NCBI RefSeq assembly: GCF_000143415.4
Contig: NW_003314269.1
Span: forward strand, 931,246 to 995,245
DNA length: 64,000 bases
Source of the DNA: Selaginella moellendorffii
Taxonomy: Eukaryota > Plantae > Lycopodiophyta
Reading direction: 5' to 3'
Position numbers and translations under genes: made by a program. The stretch's first letter is position 1. The number at the start of each line of letters is the position of its first letter. The notes beneath the pieces are model-generated. The model worked only from the letters and a program-made list of their open reading frames with translations. It did not search any database and was not told where the DNA came from. Positions 13,264-23,858 of the stretch are shown here, in pieces.

Positions 13264-13748
13264 ATGGTTGTGACTCAATTCAACGGCGTAGGCGTTGGTT
13301 TCGGTAAGCGCTCTAGAGCAAAGTTTCGCCGGAGCTGAGAAATGTGCGTCCAGGCGCTGGGATTGGATGTGGTTTTGGGATCGGCTGGGGATTTGGAGGT
13401 AAGAATGGAGCCGGTTTTCACAGATTTCCTCTGACTAGACGATTCAAGGCGCTTCGATTCAAACCCTCGGCCTTGGAATCGGTACGATCGAGAACTTCCA
13501 CGCTGAAAATCAGTGGTTTTCTATTGATCTTCCTAGGTGGAGGCTGCGGCGTTGGTGTAGGACTTGGCTGGGGGCTGGGCGGCGCTTACGGCACCCGCTA
13601 CTTTGACTCCAAGCTGAAATTCGAAGGTGTGGAATTCGAGCAGCCAAGGAAAAAAAAGATCTGGTGGCTTCATCTGTTCGACCGAGGAAACAAGAGACGC
13701 GAGCTCATCGCTGACGACAGTGGTGATGACGAGGAAGACTCAGCGTGA
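13264..13748 (+). CDS. TGD5: TRIGALACTOSYLDIACYLGLYCEROL 5-like glycine-rich plastid envelope protein (4 exons)
   Basis: MVVTQFNGVGVGFG / AGIGCGFGIGWGFG / ...LGLGI / GGGCGVGVGLGWGLGGAYGTRYFDSKLKFEGVEF matches the TGD5 glycine-repeat pattern. Confidence 0.85.
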
Positions 13749-13825
13749 TCTCGCGTATAGAAAACTTTTCCTCTCGGCTCTAACTTTGGATGCTAGGATC
13801 TCAGAGAACTTCCCGGTAGCAAAAT

Positions 13826-15215
13826 CTATTGTCTAGTCCACGAGCTTAGCCGAGAGTGATCAACTATGCGTACGCTCTTGTTCTTGTTAATGAGGATCAT
13901 GTCGTTGAATTTCGCGTCCCAGACAATGTGTCCCTCGCGTGCACAGTATTGCTGGACGTGGAAAACCGGTTGCATGGATGATCTTTCGAGACCAACCTGA
14001 GAAAAACAAAAACAAAATGCTTAGGATTGCTTATGCGTAAAGAAACAAGCTTACCACTCCAAGGAAAATGGCTGCGTCTTCTTTGATCAGCATCTCCAGA
14101 GTTCGATTGTAGAGTGGACTCTTCTCGTCTATTACATGCCTCACAAGCATTCCATAGTTGAGATAAAAACATCCCTTTCGAACCTGACAAGTGCAAAGAA
14201 CAATGTAAATATCTGGCTTGAAGCTCAAGGTTGTTGGGTATGTCTTACTAGCTTGAGAGGTTCCATTCCTCGGGAGTATTTCCCCGACTTTGATAGAGCA
14301 GTGTATTTCAAGGTCAGCTCAACCTTCACATCAACAAGTTCGCATGGTTGCGGTCCCGTTAAAACGAATCTAGCCATGAGCACTCTGCGCTAGAATTCGC
14401 CACCCACAAAACCAATCAGACATATCTTTCACAAAAGAACCAAGCGAAACCACTCGCTCACCTGAAAGATCGTGAAGAGTTTGATCTTTCTCGAGATATG
14501 ATCGCCATCGACGAGCATTTTATCGGCCGCGATGGTTGCGAGAGTCGCGAAAACACTGCAAGTAATCAGGAGGAAAACAAGGAGTCACGAAAGAAGAAAA
14601 GGAAATAGGAGTCTTACCAGCGCCACTGAGAAAGGCGAACAAGAGCTGTGCCAAGAGAGCATTGACGTTGGCGAGAACCATTGTGTACGGAGAGATGGGC
14701 GAGACCTCGGGTTCTAGTCCCGTACAGAGCGAGACGCTAAACATGAAGATCTGGAACAGCGCGAGCGGCGTTAACTCCCGGAAAGCGTGATCCTCGTAAG
14801 AGAGGTCCCGGAATGCCGGCACGTAGAGCACCGTGAAGATCAAGCTGAGCATCACTGGAGCCGCAACCATGGCCGTGAAGAACCCCGAAAAGTCCTGCTT
14901 CACCAAGAATGTGTAGAAATCCGAGACGATGGAGGCATCGTCTTGCAAGACCTGGTAGCTCCCGCTAGAAACAAGATCCGGGAGCTCGGATTGCGTGAGC
15001 TCCAGCTCCAGAGGCGCATCGTCGCCGGCGCCATCGCCATCGCCATCGCCAATGCGAGGAGGAGAATCTTTTGATACCTCGTGAATCTGGCTGGGCGCGA
15101 AAGTGACGATCTTGTGACGCCATCGCCATTTTCTCCTAGCGCGCCTCGTCCGCGGCGCCCTGGCGCAATGGATCCTCGCGCTGGGAGTGAAGAACCCTAA
15201 TCCTGTGGACAGCAT
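13826..15215 (-). CDS. Inward-rectifier K+ channel family (Kir/IRK/KirBac-like) protein with a non-canonical filter and probable plastid transit peptide; 5 exons
   Basis: Slide helix SDFYTFLV, TM1, pore helix IFMFSVSLCTGLEP, TM2 ending SGAVFSRLSQP, then VLMARF...ELVDVKVEL, LVRHVIDEKSPLY and IVWDAKFNDMI...IVDHSRLS of the Kir cytoplasmic domain. The frame stays open across GT-AG junctions. Confidence 0.85.
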
Positions 15216-15481
15216 TTTCTTTTATTTCTCTTCTCTGTCCATCCATCCTCGCTGCCTAAAAGCTCTTGTGGACGAGACGCGTGGAGGAGAGAAGGGGAGG
15301 GAAGATTCCATCGATGATGATTCACCAGATTCTCCACTTTCCAACTGCAGTGGCCATCGAGAGGGTGGGATAAAAGTTCTAGGAATTTGCTACTAATACC
15401 TTGTAATCGGTGAAAACTTCCAGTTTGTTTGAGGCTAAGAAAAAGATGACGCACGATCCTAGAAAATTTTCCACTCAAAAC

Positions 15482-16615
15482 CTATTGTCTGATCGACAAT
15501 GTAAACGCTCGTGTTCTTGTTAATGAGGAGGAAACCTTTCGAGACCAGAAGAAACAGAAATTAGGATTGCGATGATGCGTAAACAAACACGAGCTTACCA
15601 CTCCGAGGGAGATGATCGCGTCTTCTTTGATCAGAGACCGCTTGTAGAGTGGGCTCTTCTCGTCTATTACATGCTTCACAAGCATTCCATATTTAAGATA
15701 AAAGTATCCCTTGCGAACCTGACCAGCACAAAGATCAATGTAAGTATCACTTGAAGCTCAAGGTTGTCGGGAGCGTCTTACAAGCTTGAGAGGTTCCATT
15801 CCCCAAAAGTATTTCCCCGACTTTGAGCAAAGTGTATTTCAAGGTGAGCTCAACCTTGAGATCAACCAGTTCGCACGGTTGTGGTCCCATGAGCACTCTG
15901 CGATAGAATTCGCCAGCCCGACAAAGTCAATCAAATTTCTTTCGTGGAAGACTCAAGCAAAACAATTCACTGACCTGAAAGATTGATCTTTCTCGAGATA
16001 TGATCGCCATCGACGAGCATCATATCGGCCGCGATGGTTGCGAGATTCGTGAAAACACTGCAAGTAATCAGAGGAGTCGCAAAAGAATAAAAAAAGGAAT
16101 AGCAGTCTTACCAGCGCCACAGAGAAAGGCAACAAGAGCTGTGCCAAGGGATCATTGACATTGGCGAGAACCATAGTGTACGGAGAGATGGGCGAGACCT
16201 CGGGTTCTAGTCCCGTACAGAGCGAGACGCTAAACACGAAGATCTGGAACACTGCGTCCGGCGTTAACTCGCGGAAAGCTTACTCATTGAAAGAGAGGTC
16301 CCGGAATGCCGGCATGTAGAGCATCGTAAAGATCAAGCTGAGCATCACTGGAGCCGCAACCATGGCCGTGAAGAATCGGAGGCATCGTTTTGCATGACCT
16401 GGTTGCTCCCGCTAGAAACAAACTTCGGGATTGGGTGCGCATCGTCGCTGGCGCCATCAATGCGAAGAAGAGAATCTTTTGATACCTCGTGAATATGGCT
16501 GGGCGCCAAAGTGATGCTGCTGTGACGCCATCGCCATTGTCTTGTAGCGCGCCTCGCCTGTGGCGCAATGGAACCTCGCGATGGGAGTGAAGAACCCTAA
16601 TCCTGTGGAGAACAT
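15482..16615 (-). pseudogene. Decayed tandem duplicate of the Kir-like gene
   Basis: Highly similar to 13826-15215, including upstream DNA (16616-16745 vs 15216-15350). Has a premature TAA at about 16280-16282, a deletion in the slide-helix region, a frameshift in TM2 and a largely deleted last exon. Confidence 0.88.
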
Positions 16616-16968
16616 TTTCTTTTATTTCTCTTCCCTGACTCACCTAAAAAGCTCTTGTGGACGAGACGTGTGGAGGACAGAGGGGGAGAGAAGGACAAGA
16701 TTCCAACGCTGATGATTCACCAGATTCTCCACTTTCGAACTGGCACGCCCCATTTTACAGTGACCACCGCTCGATCGATCGGCCAAAGTGGAGGGATTTT
16801 GATTGACCATCGAGCAACAGTGACTGGGAGAACATCGACAAAGAGGAAGAAGTGGAAGGAAGGATTTGCTGTTAGTTTCAGGAAGTGATTACAAGCTCAG
16901 CGTGGTGTCAATTTCTCCTACTACTAAGGAGAAAGGAACTGGAAATCCCATCGATCGCTTGGCTTTGA

Positions 16969-17433
16969 TCAGCGGTGGTGGAATCCATAGCCAGACATGA
17001 TCATCGCTCGCGGCAGTGGCGCCGGATCGGCGTGAGACTCGCGCTCGCCCGCCTTGGCCAGCATTGCCTTCTCGCCCTCCTGCTCGCGGTACTTGTGGAG
17101 GTAAACCCTGAGCGGCTCCACGTAGTCCTCGAATCCCAGCGTGCTCATCGCCCACAGCAGATCATCCCCATTGATCGTCTTGCGCTTCTCGCGCTGGCAC
17201 TTGTCCGACGCCTCGCCCGTGACGAAGCTGATGAACTCCGACACGCACTCCTGGACCGTCTCCTTGGCGTCCTTGGAGATCTTGGCGTTGCCGGGCAGCC
17301 CGCGCTTCATGATCCGGCTCACATTGGCGATGGGGAGGAAGCGATCCTGCTCGCGCGGCGACAGCGAGCTCAGATTTCCCCCTCCGCCCGATTCATCGGA
17401 GCTGTTGTCGGGGCTGCCCGGACGATCCGCCAT
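16969..17433 (-). CDS. NF-YB: Nuclear factor Y subunit B (non-LEC1 type), intronless
   Basis: [17 protein letters not shown]...[45 protein letters not shown]. Confidence 0.97.
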   Translation of the reverse strand: MADRPGSPDNSSDESGGGGNLSSLSPREQDRFLPIANVSRIMKRGLPGNAKISKDAKETVQECVSEFISFVTGEASDKCQREKRKTINGDDLLWAMSTLGFEDYVEPLRVYLHKYREQEGEKAMLAKAGERESHADPAPLPRAMIMSGYGFHHR

Positions 17434-17868
17434 AGCAATTAGCAATCGCGCCGATCAACCGAGGAGACGAACGCACAGACGAGACGATTCTTCCGGTCCC
17501 CCTTAGCTGCGCATGCCCCGAATTCGAGAAATTCACACAACCGCGCGCCGTGTTTCCTGCGAGGAAGAGAAATTTTCCTTTCAAGGTGCCATAGCTATCA
17601 TCACATCCGGCGGCTACAGTAGGATGTTAGAATTGGCAAACCGAGGGTCCAGATTTCGCCACAACAGAGCGCCACCCGTCCCCTCGGCACGGCGCCCACG
17701 TGGAGCGCATTAGACCGTTTGACAGCTTAGTGCTAATCCGAAATTTAGGAAGGTTTATATAATTCGCCACAAATTGGTGGACACTAAATCGTATCTACAA
17801 TGTACATTTGTCTCGCGATCAAAAAGACGAAGATGCAAAAACGAAGAAGAAACCGATCGATACGGGCT

Positions 17869-18531
17869 CTACTGCCAAATCCACAACCCATCGTCCAGAT
17901 TAACGCCGGTGTTGGTCCCCTGGAGCAGCAATCCACTCTCCTCGTTCAATCCCTGGAAGATTGCTCCATCCAGCTCCGAGAGATTCACCGGGAACTCGAG
18001 AATCGCCTTGAGATCGTCGAATGCGAGTGACCCCTGCTGCTGGATCTCCGATTTCCCGCTTTCCTGTTCCTCCTTTGCGTTGCTCACCTCCTCGTCGGAG
18101 GAGAAAGAGGAGGAAACGTTCCCGCAGGACGAGGTGGAGGGCGAGCACGTCTCGAAGGAAGGGACCGACGAGGAGGAATTGGAGACTTCCTCGTGATCCG
18201 AGGAGCTGCCGCTGGATCCCAGCGCCGCCGCCGCTTGGGCCGCCGCCGCCGCCGCCGCCTTCTGGACGAACGCCGGAGAGCACTGAGGATTGTATGGAAG
18301 ATCCGCTGGAACAGCGTCTGGGAAGTTGAATTGCGCCGAGGGGCCGCGCAGACACATGAGCGCGGCGTCGTAGGCCCTGGCGGCGACCTCCGCTGTGGCG
18401 TATGATCCCAGCCAAATGCGCGATCGCTTCTTGGGCTCCCTAATCTCTGTGACCCATTTCCCCCAGCTCCTCATCCTCACTCCCTTGTATCTCTTCCCCG
18501 CTGCCATGGGTGATCGCACTATCCTGCCCAT
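17869..18531 (-). CDS. AP2/ERF transcription factor, DREB subfamily
   Basis: [43 protein letters not shown]...FNFP, with an acidic C-terminus ending LWIWQ. Confidence 0.95.
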   Translation of the reverse strand: MGRIVRSPMAAGKRYKGVRMRSWGKWVTEIREPKKRSRIWLGSYATAEVAARAYDAALMCLRGPSAQFNFPDAVPADLPYNPQCSPAFVQKAAAAAAAQAAAALGSSGSSSDHEEVSNSSSSVPSFETCSPSTSSCGNVSSSFSSDEEVSNAKEEQESGKSEIQQQGSLAFDDLKAILEFPVNLSELDGAIFQGLNEESGLLLQGTNTGVNLDDGLWIWQ

Positions 18532-19234
18532 TGTAGCCGCTAGAACGCGCCCAATGCTGAATCTAGAAGAGCTCTAGCAAAATCAAGACCCCCAAGAACA
18601 GAGCACCTGGATGAATCGATTTGATTGACTGCTACTTCCCCTGTGATTGAATGCGATCGCGTGTGCCTCGAGTGTGAATTCCTCCCAATGCTTTGGACGA
18701 TGGTCTCACTAGCAGCCGCGATCGTCTTTTATAGATTGCCGGGATTCTCCACTGTGGATGTTATCCGTGTCACTTGATCTTCGTACGGACACGGCGGAAC
18801 GCCCAACTGTGACACTCGATGCGCCAGATGTCACGCCGCTCGGCAATCTCTGACGGGACGTGGCACACATCGATGGCCAGGGGACATGGGCTTGCGACGC
18901 GTGTCCCTCCCGGAAGCAACCGCGAACCCCAGATTATACAAGCCACGTGAGAAAGGCGAGGGATAGCCACCTTGCGCCGCGTGGCTTAGCTGTGAACAAC
19001 AATGTAGGAGATTTGGCCACGCGGGCAGCTGGGATTGGATAAGATTTGGCTTGATTGCGACTTCCGATTGACACTATAGAATCAAATGTTATACTTGATC
19101 TTTCCAGGAATCTAGGGGGCGGGATTGAATGGCGCTCTTCTATTTGGACAACAAAAAATATCCCGAATCTATGGCGATTCGACAGACATAGAGTGATGAA
19201 CTTTACCTCCTAACTGCTGGTCGTATGTTAATGG

Positions 19235-20270
19235 TTACTTTTTTCGCTCGTTCCTCCACTTAAAAACGGGCATACTGCTTGGTGTGACCAGTTCGTCGCT
19301 CTTCATCTTCCTCTTCCTTCCCTTTCCCTGCGATGAAACACCAAAACATTCACGAGATCGTATTGACGGCAAGGAAAGATCGGACCATGATTTCCTTTTG
19401 CATGGACATTGTTATCACCATGCTCTTGAGCTTCTCCAATCGCTCCTTTCGTTGAGCGAGCTCGTTGTAGGCAGCTTCACGATCCCTGTGAAGAAAGCAA
19501 TCTCAATCTCCAGTCCAAAACGGGGTTTTGTTTGCGATGAACACGATTGATTACCTGTTCACTTCTAGAGGTAAATCGCTGCTGCTCGAAGGAGATTCGC
19601 CGTTTCTTAGATTGCCTCTCATCTCATTCACCTCGTCGCTGTAAAACCAAAGATCGATCTCACACTCGAACAATAGAGAAAGTACCGTTACCCGTCCTCA
19701 GCGAAATAAGAGTGTTGATTCTCTCGAGCTTTGTCTAGGCCGTGCAACACTGCTTGCAATCTATCCACTTTCTGGAGTCACAAAAAAGAGATTTTGAGGC
19801 TTGGAAGAGTGAGCTTGGTTAGTTTTTACCTTCTGTTCGGACTGTGCTTTGCATAGAATGTATTTAACATCCTGTGTCTTCATGAGTAGGAGCTCTTCCT
19901 GCGTGTACTGCTTTGCCAAGCTCTTGGGCCTGTGGACTCCATTCACGGTTTTAGTGCTGATCATTCGATGGTAGAACTCATCCGGATTTTTAGTCAAGGC
20001 TTTCTCTTGCAATGTCTGTTATACAGTAGAGAAGAAATTCCTGTCATACCTCTAACGAGAAGAAACTTCCTTACTTGTATCGTCTTCTCCTTCCTGTGGA
20101 AATCCTTTGCGCGAAGCACATAATCCTTGTGCTTCTCGAGCAATCCAAATCGCGCTCGCTCGCTCCTGCAAGAACTTGTTTTGGTCGGAAAATCAAAGAA
20201 ATGAGCTCACTCACGGCTGCGATCGCTCCTTGTGCTCGCGGCGCCTCACGGCATTTCTTAGCGACGCCAT
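19235..20270 (-). CDS. UTP11: U3 snoRNP-associated protein 11, multi-exon
   Basis: MASLRNAVRRREHKERSQP, GLLEKHKDYVLRAKDFH, KNPDEFYHRM, LMKTQD and C-terminal PVFKWRNERKK*. Confidence 0.93.
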
Positions 20271-20329
20271 CGCCACGCCACGAAAAGCCCTAGATTCCTT
20301 TAGAATTTAGGGTTAGGGTGTCTTTGGAG

Positions 20330-23300
20330 ATGGAGGAAATTCACGCCTTCGAGAGCACCGGGATGGATGCTCTCGACATCGAGGCGGTAAGGCCCGATGG
20401 CTCGATCTACGCTACCACGTCTGGAGCTGGGGCGAGCCCCGCGGCCCTGGAATCGCCAGGCCTCGCAATGCAACTGGTAGCTCACAGGACGGAGCCGGAT
20501 TCCGGATGGAATATCGAGGGCGCGCTTAGCCAGGATTTATCGCGAGGAAGAGGAAAGAGGGCCGCGGAGGGGGCTCGAGAGAGGCCACAGGGCGGGCGGG
20601 CGTGGGGAAATTTGGGAAAGAGTGCTAGGAGGAGGCGAGACTCTGGCTTGGAGAATCCGGAGGAGGACGAGTCTTTCAAGCAAATCAGGGAGGAACTGGA
20701 GGAAGTTGCGAGGCAATGGACGTCCGAAATTCAAGTGTCCGAGTGAGTCTCGTTCTCTCCTATTGCTACGATGTTTCAGTGTTGTTCTAAGTATTTTTTT
20801 CACCAGGTTTTGGCAATCCGATTGCAAGTATGCCAGTTTTTCGCCGAAGGTTGATTTTAACTCCGGAGATGGAGCCACAAACTCGGATGAGTTTCAACTT
20901 CCTCTCTTTGCTTCGGCGCTGACTCCAAAAGCATGTTTCTTCTTTTGATCAAGTTTGCAAGGACTTATTTGTTGTTCTGTTGCGTAGAAGCCTGGCGTCG
21001 AGAATACTGACGAGTTTGTTTCGCACGTCGGAGGTTCTGTCTGGTGCTTAGACTGGTGTCCGCAGCGGCCAGGTTGGAAGATCTTGCAAGATGGTTCTGA
21101 GAAAGAGGTCTAATCCTTTCATTTGTGTTGGACTTCGTTACCTTCGTTTTTTTCTGCAGTATTTGGCTGTTGGAGCCCATCCTGCATCATTGACTCCCAG
21201 GAGGTTTGGACAGCCATTGTCAGAATATCACAAACTCGGTGAGCCTTTGTCTGGAAAGGCCTTGGTTCAGGTTTGGGCCTACAGCTTCACAGCGGAAGCC
21301 GACGAACTTTCTAACGATGGAACACAAGACAGTGATGGCACAGAACCCGATCCGGTCGGTGCTCACGCGCAGCCAGAACATCTACTCGAGGAGACGGAAG
21401 AAATGGATGTGGAAGTGGTTTACGAAGGTGACGGTGGAAGGGGCAGAGGGAGAGGGAGAGGGAGAGGGAGAGGGAGGCGTGGAAGGGGAAGAGGTGGCAG
21501 GGGGGCAACTCCCAAGGGACTCTCCAGAATGAAAGACAGTGCCAGAACAAAACGACCAGGACGGCGGTCAAGAGATCTGGAACTTCCAAAGATGGCTCTA
21601 GCTATAGCACACGAAGGTGGAGTTACGTGGGATGCAAAGTGGCAACCAGCAGAAGGAAGGAATGCCGTTGCCAACTATCAAGACCGGGAATTTCTACGCC
21701 TTGGTTTTCTTGCGCTAGCACTAGGTGACGGGTCGTTGCAAGTGTAAGTGCTTGTTGGCTATCTCTTCTGCGAAACTTTCTAACGCCTGATCTCAGGTTT
21801 GACGTGCCATTGCCGAAGGTATTTGAGACTTTGGATTCCAAGGGTGTTCCTATGGTCGTTTCCATGGCGCCGGTATTCAAATGCTCGGAGCTGAGAAGCG
21901 GTGGTCAAAAGAGGTATTGTAAGTGGATGTGACGATAATCTACAAACGCCACTGATTTATCTTTTGCAGTATTCCGCTGACTCTTGAGTGGTCAACCTCG
22001 TCTCCACATGACTTGCTCCTCGCCGGTTGCCATGACGGGACGGTAATTCGCCATGCGATTGTAGTCTTTTTACTTACACCGTTTACAGGTTGCACTCTGG
22101 AAATTCACTCCTACTAACGCCAACGAGGGTGAGTATTTTGCTACATTTAGGATGTTATTAACAGTAGGGGATTGCAGAAACTCGGCCTCTATTGTTTTTC
22201 ATAGCGGATAGTTTTGCTTTGCGTACCATAGCATGGGCACCTTCTCACAGGTATTTGTTACTGCTTTTATATTCATCTGACAAGCTTTTGAACAGTGGTA
22301 TCGAGGGGGAACACATAGTTGCGACCGGTGGCCACAGCGGTCACTTGAAGTTTTGGGATCTAAGGTAATGGTTCCTCGCTTTGATTTGTTTTGAGCTCTT
22401 TTTAACTTTTGTAGGGATCCTTTTCGGCCGTTGTGGGAACTGAGACTGTCTAGAGGACAGATTTTATGCATGGATTGGCTTGAAGTGCCAAGGTAGTATT
22501 TTCCTACTGTTGAGAAGCATGCTAACATGCAAAGTTTTCAGATGTATCTTGGTGACCTTGGACGATGGGACGCTGCGGACCATCAGTTTAAACAACGCTC
22601 TGTCTGATACACCTGTTACAGGGAAGCCTTTCACAGGGACTCAAGCTCAAGGGGTGCAATCTTACTACTGCTCCTCTTTTGCAATTTGGAACATTCAAGT
22701 GTGCCGGAATACAGGTACGTTTTATGGTTACGTTTTTTATATTTCTTATTTTGAGATATGCAGGCTTTGTAGCATATTGCAGTGCTGATGGATCGGTTAT
22801 TCACTTTGAGGTAGCTATCTTTTCTAAATTTCACGCACAGATTTACTTTGTCTGCTTACAGCTAAGTGAAAAAGCAATAGAGAAAGGAGGTACACGCTAC
22901 AGGGAACCTCACTACCTATGTGGTGCCTTCGCAGTGAACAGGGAGAAGAAGGCATTAGTCATAGTTTCTCAGGATTTCCAGGGGCCCGTTCAAATGAAAA
23001 GGTCACTCACGGAATGGAGCTTCACACCGAGGTCCAAACGGGGATTTACCGTTAGTGTCAACCAGGAAATGAGAGCAAGCAGCATAGCTGCAGGTCTTTT
23101 ACCACCTACAGCAGACAGCCCAAACAAGAAAAAGGGAAAGAGGGGGAGGAAAAAAAACGCTCCCAGTGCCGACAGTCCGGTAGTAAACGTGGAAGAAACC
23201 GAAGGATTTCCCGGGCCAATGGACTTGGAAGAACCTCAAACACCGGCTGGAGGAGCAGGACAGGCAGGAGCGTTGGTTTGCAAGGAAGAGATTTTAGATA

Positions 23301-23479
23301 GTGCCTTGGATACCAGCGGTAAAGCCGTGCAACCTCCAAACACGGTGGAAGAGATGCCTTCAAAGCTAGTGGCAGTTCACAGGGTCAAGTGGAACCCGAA
23401 CAAGAGCAGCGCTGGCTGGGTGTGTTACGGTGGAGCTGCTGGTATCATTAGATGCAGGCTGGTATCGTCAACCACATAG
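20330..23479 (+). CDS. WD40-repeat protein with RG-rich insert, TFIIIC subunit GTF3C2/Tfc6-like; multi-exon
   Basis: YLAVGAHP, LVQVW, PKMALAIAHEGGVTWDAKW, LGFLALALGDGSLQV, IPLTLEWS, LLLAGCHDGTV, KFWDL, DPFRPLW and VHRVKWNPN...WVCYGGAAGIIRC. The TFIIIC assignment is from recalled similarity. Confidence 0.75.
21439..21500 (+). repeat. (GAGAGG)n coding repeat giving a GRGRGR tract
   Basis: Hexamer repeat is directly visible in the WD40 gene exon. Confidence 0.85.
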
Positions 23480-23858
23480 AAATGTATGTATCCTATCCTT
23501 TTTTTTCTCCTTGTTTATTCCATCTTCTTTGTTCAGTTACCAGTTTTCGTTTTGTTTTTTCGTAACGGATGGTATCCCGGTTTCAATCTCTTTTGCCGTT
23601 GATTTTGTGTGATTCCATCTTGGAAAGCGCTCCTGGTAGCCAACGGCCACCGGTCTTTCACATGAAACCCGTCAGGTGACGTCGACGGAGAGAACTTGGC
23701 GTGCGTGCGCGTGTGCGTGTAGTCCTCGCTGCATTATCGTTGTGAGCGCCTTTTCAAGAGGTAAACTTTTTGAGAACGTTATCTTTCTTTGCTTTGTTTT
23801 CACTGCGTTTATCTTTCACAGGCTACTACTCTTGATGATCACTTAGACTGCCGAGGAG

